A stretch of 64,000 bases of DNA from positions 14,694,001 to 14,758,000 of the forward strand of contig OZ176051.1 of the NCBI GenBank assembly GCA_964247055.1, in the 5' to 3' direction. The notes beneath the pieces are model-generated. The model was not told the origin of the DNA, searched no databases, and was given only the letters and a program-made list of their open reading frames with translations. Source of the stretch: Paragordius varius. Taxonomy: Eukaryota > Animalia > Nematomorpha. Numbering within the stretch: position 1 is the first letter of the stretch; each line of letters opens with the position of its first letter. This document shows positions 38,048-48,866 of the stretch, piece by piece. The position numbers were made by a program, and so were the translations under genes.

Positions 38048-39349
38048 ATATACCATTTCCCAGTCTAAATAAACGTTTTCCCAGTCAATCGAAACGTTTT
38101 CCCATTAATCGAAAAATTTTCCCAGTCAATTGAAATTTTCTTAGTCAATAAAAACATTTTCCCAATCAATAAAAACGTCTTCCCATTCAATAAAAACGTT
38201 TTCCCATTCAATAAAAACGGTTTTATTTTTGATGATAAATATAACAAGATACAAAAATAACTTTAACCATTATCAGCGTAATATTAGGATAATATATTTT
38301 TTTAAAAACACTATTATTGAATGACAATTTTTCCAAGTATATTCCAGTGCACAATCATTCATAACTTAAATTGTTATATTTTTGGAATTTGAGTTAAGAT
38401 AATGTTTTTTATTTTATCGATGGTTCGCATTAATATTTGCGGAACGCTTCACAATAGTTTTTAAATATGTCCGGTTTGTCGATAAAAATACTGTCGGAAA
38501 AAATATCTAAACGAAAATATTTTTTGATAAAAATGTTTTTGATTTAAAAATATAAAAAGGATATTTGACTAAAACAAGGGTGTAAATAAATGCCTTCGCG
38601 GGCCACATTTTTAACTCAAAAAGCCAGTTCCCCATTCAAAATATATACTGGCATTTACATAATTTTTCGATAATATTTTTTTATTCCTTACCAATTTAAT
38701 AGATTCATTCATAATAATTGCGCAAGAAATATGAATATTACTAAGATTTTGTGGGCATATTTTTGCATATGGATTTCCAAATTTTTTGCGGCCCGCACAA
38801 AGGTACTCGGAAGGCCGCCTTAGGCCTCCAACCAAATGTTAAATACTATAAAATTAGCGTAAAATTTATGTTTAAGATCCAATATAAAGTGTTAAATGAC
38901 CTTTGTGATAAAAATGGTATATTATAAATTTAATTAATCCCTCCGTAACTATAGATTTTTAAGTTGGCCCCATATATTAATGCGAACCATCGATAAAATT
39001 AAAAACATTATCTTAACTCAAATTCCAAAAATATAACATTTAAAGAATAAGTCATTGATGATTTTGCACTGGAATATACTTGGAGAATTGTCATTCAATA
39101 ATTGTGTTTTTAATTAAAAATTATCTTATATTACGCTAATAATGTTTAAAATATTTTTATATTCTTGTTTTGATATTTATCATCAAAATTAAAACCGTTT
39201 TTATTGACTGGGAAAACGTTTTTATTGATTGGGAAAAAGTTTTTATTGACTAGGAAAATGTTTCGATTGACTGGGAAAACGTTTCGATTGACTGGGAAAA
39301 TGTTTCGATTGACTGGGAAAACGTTTATTTAGACTGGGAAATGGTATAT
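38048..39349. mobile_element. Foldback-like element with ~380-bp inverted arms containing 21-bp tandem repeats
   Basis: Arms 38048-~38436 and ~38974-39349 are reverse complements. The ends are ATATACCATTTCCCAGTC and GACTGGGAAATGGTATAT. The outer part of each arm is built of ~7-8 units like AAAACGTTTCGATTGACTGGG. The spacer is ~540 bp. Confidence 0.85.
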
Positions 39350-39867
39350 CCCTAAAATATGATGTCACAAAAGAGATACCCTGCCATAACAAACCCATTA
39401 TGAGGGGCTAAATATCCGTATCCCAAATCTTTTGTGTGTAAAATTAAAATTAATTTTTTTTAAAAAAATTTATTTAACCTTCATTTATTTTTCAAAAAAA
39501 TATATTAATCAAAAATGTTCTACAAAAATTTAATTTTTTATTTATATTTGGAGGGCTTATTAATAATTTTATTGTCCAATAAACAATAAAACAATTAGAA
39601 ATGTATTTAATATCGGAAAAGCATATGAACCATCTAATTAATTTTAATATGCTGATATAAAAAGCTATTATCAAGGGTTTTATCAGTAATTTTTGCGAAT
39701 ATATTGAACCATAATTGATGTTAAGAGAATTTTTTAATTATCCGACAAATTTTTAAATTAAGCGACTATTTTTTGTAAAAGACACATTCTTAAAATCTAA
39801 AGAATTTTTTTATCCGGACAAATTTTTGTTTTACGGCAAATTTTTATACGGACAAAAAACCGAAATA

Positions 39868-40116
39868 CAGTAAAAAATGAAAGTATACAGACAAAACGTA
39901 AATATATAACAACAAATATTTTTTTAAAAGACAACCATACTTTTTTCTTATATCATATAAAATATTTACCGTAAATAAAATTGATGGGGTATTTACATCT
40001 GTGTTTGATATGTTTTCGATTAAAATAATCAGCTATTTTAAAATAATCAAGATTTATAGAAAAAATATATATATGAATATTTTTATTTTTTGTCCTCATA
40101 ATTTCAATTTTTACTG
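39868..40116. mobile_element. CAGT...ACTG MITE, copy
   Basis: TA|CAGTAAAAAATGAAAGTATACAGACAAAACG...TTTCAATTTTTACTG|TA. Confidence 0.7.
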
Positions 40117-40758
40117 TATAATAGGATATGAGGAGTCCATATCTATAATGTTGAGTAATAACCCTATGAATTCTAATGGGCTAAATGTTTACTATATTTT
40201 TTTTTAAAAGCTTTAACATAGCATATGATATACACCGACTAGAAAATAAACCATTATAGATTAAACATTAATTGAGAGATTATAAGAATAGGATTCAATA
40301 AATCTCGCATTTTATACAAAAATAAGGCAAACTTTCCCTTTTAAATTTATAACTCCAATCACCATGTCATAACAATTGAAAAAGGTAAATTTTAAAAAAA
40401 CCTTATTTTGTACTTATAAGAAACTTCTTTACTATTGGAAAATAATGAAATTCCAAATATTCCTCATATTTTATTCTGTACAATCTTTTCTACATATGCA
40501 AAATAATTTTATTATAAGGTTAAATCCACAATACAACAATCCAATTTGTCCGCATAAAATTAATCTTTTGATTTTACAATATGTTTGTTATAAAAAAATT
40601 TATCTGTTAAGTTGCGCCCGAATATTACATTTTTTACTGTGAAACAGTTAATTATATAAAATAATCAAGGCTAAAATTATCAAACACATTATCATTTCCT
40701 CATTATATGTTTGCACAGATCCAATTTGTAATAGTATTTATAGATTAAGAAGGTCTAA

Positions 40759-40783
40759 TTAAATAAAACACTTGAAACGTGAC
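40759..40783 (+). promoter_or_regulatory. Candidate cis-element upstream of protease B
   Basis: TTAAATAAAACACTTGAAACGTGAC, ~230 bp upstream of the ATG. Matches 34558-34581 on the minus strand. Confidence 0.35.
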
Positions 40784-42309
40784 CTTGATGTTAATTCTGC
40801 CATGTTTGCATAGGGAACATCCTCTTAAAAGCCAAAAATAACCTTTCTACAAGTGTATTTAATAACACAAATAAGCGATCGTTTGTGTAATTAAAGGTAA
40901 ATAATAGAAAATTAACCATACATACTATTGCAACATTTGATATAAGAAAACCTATAAAAGCCGTATAACTTATCTTACATTTTCAAATTTTGTTTAAAAG
41001 ACCATTAACGATATGCAGTTCACGCTCACTGTGTTGCCATTTCTCACAATATTATTCTGCAGCATTAAAAGTAAATTGGCTAATAGAAATACTTTCAATT
41101 AATATTTCTGGCTATATAATATGATATTTGATTTATTAATATACACCGTCATTTATATATATCTATATCTCCGCTTATTGAATAGGCTTCATAAGGTCGG
41201 ATTCTTTCTTTATTAATTTATTTTTAACATTATATAATTATTTTATTATATTAAAATAATAATATCCTAGTTTTTACAAGTTATTTTGAACTGAGGTCAC
41301 AATAATGTAAAGGAGGGGTGTTCAACATAAACGGCTTCAATATTTTCTAGTGCTTGCCAAGTGGACACATTTACTTAAACAATTTGTTTAGAAAATATCA
41401 ATTTTATTAAGATTTTGTGAGCATATTTTAATAATTTATGCATTACCAATTTTTCGTTGGCCGCACATATATCAAAGGACCGCGTTGTTGGCCACCCTTT
41501 ATGTAAAGTAAACCAGTTCATAGATATAGATATATGGCATTATCGATGCTGATTATTTTGATATTTATAAATATCAAATAACTTACTGAAAGTCAATTTT
41601 TAAAGCTTGCTATTGATGAGAGTTGTTCACATATCTGCATTTGGTTTAAAAAAATTTTCACAATTATCTTAGTCGATTGATGTATTTAATAATTATTAGT
41701 AGTTGTTTATAATTTTGTTTGCTTCATGATCATGTTTCAAATAGTATTAGTCATTCCAAAACATATATTGGATAATTATTAAGTTTGAAATTGTTTATAA
41801 ATATCAATTATAGATAAATTTTGCCTTAATTATATTCACACATTGTAAAGAAAATATTATAAAACCGAGTTAAAAGTATTCTCAATATTGTAAATGTAAA
41901 AGTTTACTGCCATAATATTGAACTTTAGGCTATAATGTAATATCATAAAACCAAAATCACCGATTTGTTTAGCTTTAATTTTAATATCAAAATTTATATA
42001 TATAACATTTTTCATCCAAAAATAAGATTTGCTAAGCAGACGCAACATTATTTCTGTCAAAAACAACAATTAAAGACAATTGTTATTTTTATATGGCATT
42101 TTTTATTAGGATTTATCTAATTTAAATTAGATGATTAATTTATTTTTAGCGTTGAATTATTATTTTTATTGTTACCTACCAATATTTGATGTAAATTGAT
42201 TTTCATATCTTGCATTTTACCCATAAATTGCATTTATTTATATTAATTATTTTTTCTTTTACAAAGTTTCCAACCAAATTAAATTATCATAGAATAAATT
42301 ATTGTTCTT

Positions 42310-42525
42310 GAAAAAATGATGTATTTGGTTAAATAAATGTTGTGTTTGGTTGAAAAATTGAAAAAACTTTGTCTTTGGTTCAAAAATGTTGCGTTTGATT
42401 GAAAAATGTTGCGCCTGGTAGAGAAAATGTTGTATTTGCGAAAAAAATGAAGTGCTCGGAAAAAAAATGCGTATGGTTAAAAAAAATTTTGCGATTGGTT
42501 GAGAAAATGTTGTTTTTGCATGATG
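42310..42525 (+). repeat. Diverged ~21-bp minisatellite in intron 1 of protease B
   Basis: About 10 units like GAAAAATGTTGCGTTTGATTG. Confidence 0.7.
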
Positions 42526-43613
42526 GGATATATTATTAAAACCAAAAATCATTTAAAATACTTTGAATCTTGGAATTGATTTAATTTTTATTGCAAAAAA
42601 GATGGTTATTCGGATTGTGGAATTCAGTTTGCAAGAATCAGTTCTCCCAATTGCAGCTCGTTGTCTCAACACATCGTTAATGGAAATAACGCTAATATAC
42701 AAGCTTGGCCTTGGCAGGTATTGATTAAAAATATTAAAAGTAAACTTTATAAGAACCGTAAATTTAGACACTTAATATTTTAATTTTTTATAACAACAAT
42801 GATTTAACTTACTTAACCTCATTTTCACAATCTTTACCCCATAAACCAGATATATTGACATTTAAAAAATATTGTTTAAGTTGACTCTCATGTCTTATAT
42901 GGTGAAAATTTTAATTTTAAACAAAGCATTAAAAGTTAAGAGTCATATTTATTTAATGTAAAAATATACCCTAATTCAGAAACGTATCTTGCTTTTCTGG
43001 TGCCCGCTGCATTGTGAATTTATTAATTTAAACGTGGTCATGACCACTCGTAAATAAGATATTTTTTCTGTATTATTTTGACTAATAATTTTTAAACACC
43101 TATTTTTTGAAATAAAATTAAAATTATTTAAAATCCTGCGCCAATGGCGCCCGTGCATCAGCCCCCCTTTCCCCCTATATCTGCGTCTCTGTCGTTATGA
43201 GTTGCATAATAATTAATATGAAACATAACATTAAATTTTATATTGAATAGATATATAAGACATATGGAAAAAATCAGGGATTGAAAAATGTTGTTTTAAT
43301 TATTTAAAAATTTTATGTTTTGTCCTTAAATTTTTTTAACTATTTAATCAATTAGCTATTTCTCAAAATTGATCGCAAACAGGATTGTGGTGCTGTGCTT
43401 ATTCACCCTCGATTCGCTCTCACGGCTGCACATTGTGTGTGGGGAAAGTATGGCGTATAATTACTTTTTCCAAATTTCAATTACAATATAAATCAAATTA
43501 TACAGTTAAATGTAAAATTAAAAAGTCATATAAAGACAATCATATGTTTAAATTGATAATATCTTAATTATCAAAAACGTATTAACATAATGAGGATTTA
43601 CGATTCACAGTGA

Positions 43614-44283
43614 TAGGGTGACCAGACCTCCCGCTTTTTCACAATTATATATAAAAAATATTTTTTTTATCCGATTAAATTTTTTATCATTAGTTATCTT
43701 TAAATTCTATATGAAATTTAAATTAAAATTTTTTATTTTTAAATTAAAAAAATTTATTTTTTTTCGAATTTATCTCTTATGATTATACACTTTAATGCCA
43801 ACATTATCAAAAAGACAAATACCACAAATCGTTAGCTTATACGTTTAATCCAGAAATAAGGTAATAAAATATTTTTTTTATTAGTTTAAAAATATGCTTT
43901 TAAAAAAACGAAGAGTGAATCATTTGTTAATTGTTCTTTATGCGAGGGGGAATTCCGCCCAGGGGCGTACCGAGGGGGGGGGGGGGGGGGGCAAGGGGGT
44001 GCATCATGCCCCGGGCGCCGTTATTTAGGGGCGCCTAAATGATTTTTTAAAATTAAATTTTAATTATGCAAAAATAATAAGAACTTTCAAATGAGATTTT
44101 TCAGCAATTTATGTAATAATCCCTATATATATACTCTATTATTCACCTAATTAGTACCATTGAAGAAATTTGGTATATTTAATAGATTTAAAATTTATAT
44201 GGCTGTGCTATCTTATCTATAGTTAGGTTACAACGTTTGTATTTTTTACTAAATTGTTTTATTGGCTTTTAAAAAAATAAGGG

Positions 44284-44314
<31 letters not shown>

Positions 44315-46146
44315 ATAAAAGTTTTATGCCCCGGGCGCCGCAAATGTTCGGTACGCCACTGATTCAGCCTAGCACATGGCGGCACGCATGATATTACAAA
44401 GTATATGGAAATACAGAAACATAAAAAAGGTTAAGATATGGCGGCATCATCTTACAAATTGAGCGATTTTTATCGAAAAACCGCTTTTGGAGAAAGAAGA
44501 AAAGAATTTGGCACTAGCCGAAGGCGTTTTATCTTTTCACGCCGTTAATCCATAACCTTATTCAATAAAAAATTAACATGTGACCGTACAAAGGCTGAAG
44601 CCATTTTATGCAATGTCCTTTTGCCACATGCATTTTCTGAAATACAAAAAGATCCGGTGTAAATTAATTTCGGATGCACAAATCACAACATAATTATTTC
44701 CCACTTAAATAGAATATTTTGATCCAGAAACCGGAGTAAAATTTTAGATTTTATTTCTTACCCGTTGAAAATTGCGAATTTTTTACTTCAATAATGAATT
44801 CTAGAAAAAAATAATTTAAAAGACAAAATCATCGCATATTGCGCTGACAACACCAATATGAACTTCGGTGTAAAAGCAAGGAACAAAAAATATTTTTTAT
44901 ATATTAGGCAGATAATCATAATCAAAACATTATTGGCGTTGGGTATGCAGCGCATATAATACACAACGCTATTCAAGCAGCTGCTGATTTTTTACCCCTA
45001 GATGTGGATTGTTAAAATATATTTCTATTTTTATATATATACACCGTACGCGTTGAAACGCTAGTGGAATTCTTTGAAAATGCAGAAGTTCAATATCAAA
45101 AATGCTTGGATATTGTAAAATCGCTGGTTAGCTCTTCTGCCAGCTATCGAAAGAATTTTAAAAATATATGATCCTTTAAAATCCTATTTTTTATCACAGG
45201 ACAAATGTCCTACAACTTTGGAAAAGGTTTTTGAAAGTGATTCTTCAGTTAGAGTTCCTACATAATCAAGCTTCTCTCTTTCAAAATGTTATTGAATTGG
45301 TAAAAGGTGACAAAATTTCGGCAATCGAAGTAGCCAATGAAGTTAGTAACCTAAGATTCCAATGTCAAGAAAGGTTAGAAAATAATTTTATACCAGTAAC
45401 CATCCGCAATATTATAAATAAGTTAGAAAAACAAGGCTCAATAAATCGCCAAGATATCCTGTACCATATAAAAATGTTTTATACCATCTGTAAAGATTAT
45501 TTGTAAGACTGGAAGGTGCAATTCAATTAAATTGATCATTTTCATTGGATAACATTAAAACCAGAATTTAATTGGTGCGATGTTCAAAAATCATTTGATT
45601 ACATCTGCATCTCCCAAATTCCGAAAAAGTAATCTTTCTTTTTTCTGAAGTACCATTAGGTAAAAAATATATTAATAATGAAAAATTAATATTATGGACA
45701 ACAGAAAAAATACAGTAGAAAAGAAATGATTAGAAATATTTCCTCATTTTGAAACAAACTATGTTCCATACAATATTATTTTAAAATGTGGAATAACTAA
45801 CTTTACCTGGAACCAACGCTGCTACTGAGCGCGTTTTTTCCACAATAAATATGTGGACATCGGAAAAATCAAATTTAAATGTTGAAACATTAAAGGCCAT
45901 TTTATCTGTCAAATATAATTTGCCAAGTTCTTGTGAATACTTCTACAATATTGTTAAAAATGAATCTAAAACGCATTCACTCAAATAAAAAATATACCAA
46001 ATAAAATATTATATTTATAATATATTTGTGAAAAATAAATATAACAATAAATTTTTGGTATAAAAATTTTTGGTTGTACCCTTCCATGCCCCCCCCCCCT
46101 TTTCAGATTTGTCCCGCTTTTTCCTTCAAAAAATCTGGTCACCCTA
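43614..46146 (+). mobile_element. hAT (Blackjack-like) transposon, decayed copy 2, in intron 3 of protease B
   Basis: TAGGGTGACCAGA...TCTGGTCACCCTA, colinear with 20832-24241 but with deletions. Degenerate TSD (CACAGTGA vs CACAACAA, 5/8). Confidence 0.85.
43960..44361 (+). mobile_element. 402-bp family-G MITE inserted in the hAT transposase
   Basis: CAGGGGCGTACC...GGTACGCCACTG with an 8-bp TSD ATTCCGCC/ATTCAGCC (7/8). The empty site ATTCACCC is present in hAT copy 1 (~21481). Contains G18 and G30 runs. Confidence 0.9.
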
Positions 46147-46566
46147 CACAACAATCACCCATATATCTACGAAATTAAGGTTATTTCTTACAATTAATAG
46201 ACGTTATAAAATGACAATAATGTGATTATCAATCTGTTTAGTGAAAGGAAAATTCAAGTGTATGGGCATGTAGAAAATTTATTCAATGTGGTATATATGG
46301 ATCGTGGAGGATGGAAGTCTGGAGTCAATAACGTTCACTACAAAGATTTCATGTAAGTTCTCTCATTATTTTGTTTTGTAATATAATTTTAAATGTTTAT
46401 TTTGCCAACCCAAATTGACCCTGGAATTTTATATGACTCTTCAACATTTCACCCTTCACCTTGAAATAAATTATGTTTGAAATTCAGCTTTTAATATGAA
46501 ATATTTCTTTATGCATATTATATCATTGTTTTATGTATAAGTTAAGTTGTTTTTTTATAAAGTGTA

Positions 46567-46820
46567 CAGTATTGAAATTATACGGATATTTTCAAACAAA
46601 AAACAACCATAGTTTTTTAACTATTTTTAAAATTATAACTCATTGTAAATTGCAAATTATAGATTGATATGTAAATTGGTGACAATATCAATTATATATT
46701 TTATAATTGTAAATAAATATTTTATATAGGAATTTAGATTTAAAAAAGTATGGGGTTGTCTTTACAAAAATATATGTTTATATATTTTTACGTTTTGTCC
46801 GTATATTTCAGTTTTTACTG
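46567..46820. mobile_element. CAGT...ACTG MITE in intron 4 of protease B
   Basis: TA|CAGTATTGAAATTATACGGA...ACGTTTTGTCCGTATATTTCAGTTTTTACTG|TA. Confidence 0.7.
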
Positions 46821-47631
46821 TATTTTATTTTCAAAAATTTATTTTTTGGGTGAATTTCGAAATGTTTGAGGGTGAAGTTGCTATGTTAGTATGTGTTATT
46901 TACAAAGATAAATGACGGATTGATAATGTTTTGTAATAACATCGAAAATTACGTTTATAAACTGAAATAAATGATATTGACCCACCGTACTTATATTAGG
47001 CCAGGTCATCCTCCAGTCGGTGATATTGCTATTCTTGAATTGTCAGAAACACCTCTTTTAAACAATTTTATTAATTTGGTCTGTTTACCAGAAACAAATA
47101 CTCCAATCGCTTCTACTGGGCAAGACTGTTACGCTACTGGATGGGGTTTTACTAAATTCGAAAAGAGTATGATTAATAAATTATACGCTTTGTAATTTTA
47201 AGAATCTCTATCTAAATAGAAATATAGAATTTTCAGGTAAAAAGATCAATGTTCTAAGGAATCCAAATTGATATAAGTCACATATCATTTATGGTTATAA
47301 AACCAGCAATAAAGATCATCTATTTCCCTGAAGATAATATAATAATACAAATATATTCAGATTATTCGCGATTATATTCAGTGATTTTTTATTTTACACA
47401 ATTTAATAAAAATAAATATATTATTTGTATAACGTGTATCGAGTATCATTGTTTATTTAAAGATACATTATCAAACTTATATTTTATAATTGTGATCATA
47501 TAGAGTATATTGGAACAAAGATCATAATATACGGTTAATTGAAAAAAAAATTAGTTTTATACCATGTTTTTTCTTTATAATTTATTACTCTGTAAAAGCT
47601 AGTAACAATATGAGTCAGCTTTTTTATTTTA

Positions 47632-47901
47632 CAGTAAAATTGAAATAATATGGACGACAAAACGTAATAATATAAAGAAAATTTTTTTTGAAGACAACCA
47701 TACTTTTTTAAAACTTAATTTTTCCATTATAAATTTACAATTGTAAAATATGTTATTTTGTGTTACGAATATACACCCCTATTTCATCTTTTAAAATCTT
47801 AATCACTAATTTATGTTTAAAAAATCAAGATTAAAAAGTATGGTCGTGTATTAGAAAAATATTGTCTTTATTTTTATGTTTTGTCCGCATAATTTTTACT
47901 G
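47632..47901. mobile_element. CAGT...ACTG MITE in intron 5 of protease B
   Basis: TA|CAGTAAAATTGAAATAATATGGACGACAAAACG...GTTTTGTCCGCATAATTTTTACTG|TA. Confidence 0.7.
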
Positions 47902-48866
47902 TATATTAGATAATCAATTAAATGTTTTACCTGTTATATTTAGCGGGAAAAGCTCCTGACAATATGCAAGAAGTGTGCTTACCATTCATTACAAACCAAG
48001 ATTGCAAAACCAAATATGCGAACAATAAAGTAAAAATTACGAATCAAATTTGCGCTGGAGTGGAAGATGGCATGCGAAACGTTTGTCATGTATATAGAAA
48101 TTTTAATTATCTTAGAGTAAGCAGTCTGTAATTACAGTAAAAATTGAAATTATCAACTTAAATCGTAAAATCATAAGGAAAAATATTTTTTTAAATATGG
48201 ATGTGATTTTATAAATTTGGTTTAGTATAAATGATTGTTGTTTAAACAAAGTATGAATTGAATATCAGTAGAAATTGAAATTATACGGATGTAAATACAC
48301 AATTCTTTCATAAGACAACAAATTTTTAAACCTTAATTTTATATATAATTTATATAATAATAATTGTAAAATTCATAATTGATTGTAGGTTATATTGAAA
48401 GCAAGGGTTAAAAGAATATTGCTCGAATTTAATAATTTATATATGATAGTTATATAGTAAAATATAAATCATAAATGTGATTGAAAGCGGCAAATTCAAG
48501 GATAGTATTATTTTTTTTATATTCTATAAATATATTTAAAAAATATGTTTCCTTTCAGTATTTATTAATCTTTTTCTTTGTTTTGTAGAGTTTTTATTTT
48601 ATTTGTATACTAAGTATGTAATTTAAAGAGTAACATAATTCTTAAGTCATCAAAAATCATTGTTACACATATCTCTTTTTTTTTCTTTTCTCTACTCCTT
48701 GGTGCCTAATTATTTTATTTTTACTAGCCTAGCCATAATTTCTTTATATTTTTCTTTTATGATTGCCAGACAGAGTGAAATATTAATATTTATAATTTAT
48801 CCAAATTAACAACATTTATAGATTACTCTTTAATTTTAATTATTCTAGATATTTATTTTTTCTAAA

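Larger units (their letters stand above)
41013..48089 (+). pseudogene. S1A serine protease, copy B; exons 1-6 intact, catalytic-Ser exon not found
   Basis: Exons 41013-41070, 42602-42717, 43356-43447, 46242-46352, 47000-47166 and 47944-48089, with the same intron phases as copy A. Motifs: signal MQFTLTVLPFLTILFCSIK, IVNG...AWPWQ, TAAHC, GDIAIL, GWG and MRNVCH. Exon 3 is 29/30 aa identical to A. No GDSGG exon was seen downstream. Confidence 0.8.

Noticed and set aside
38065-38247. Repetitive ORFs MLYLSSKIKPFLLNGKTF... and 42259-42552
   Set aside because: These are translations of 21-bp tandem repeats, whose period is divisible by three.
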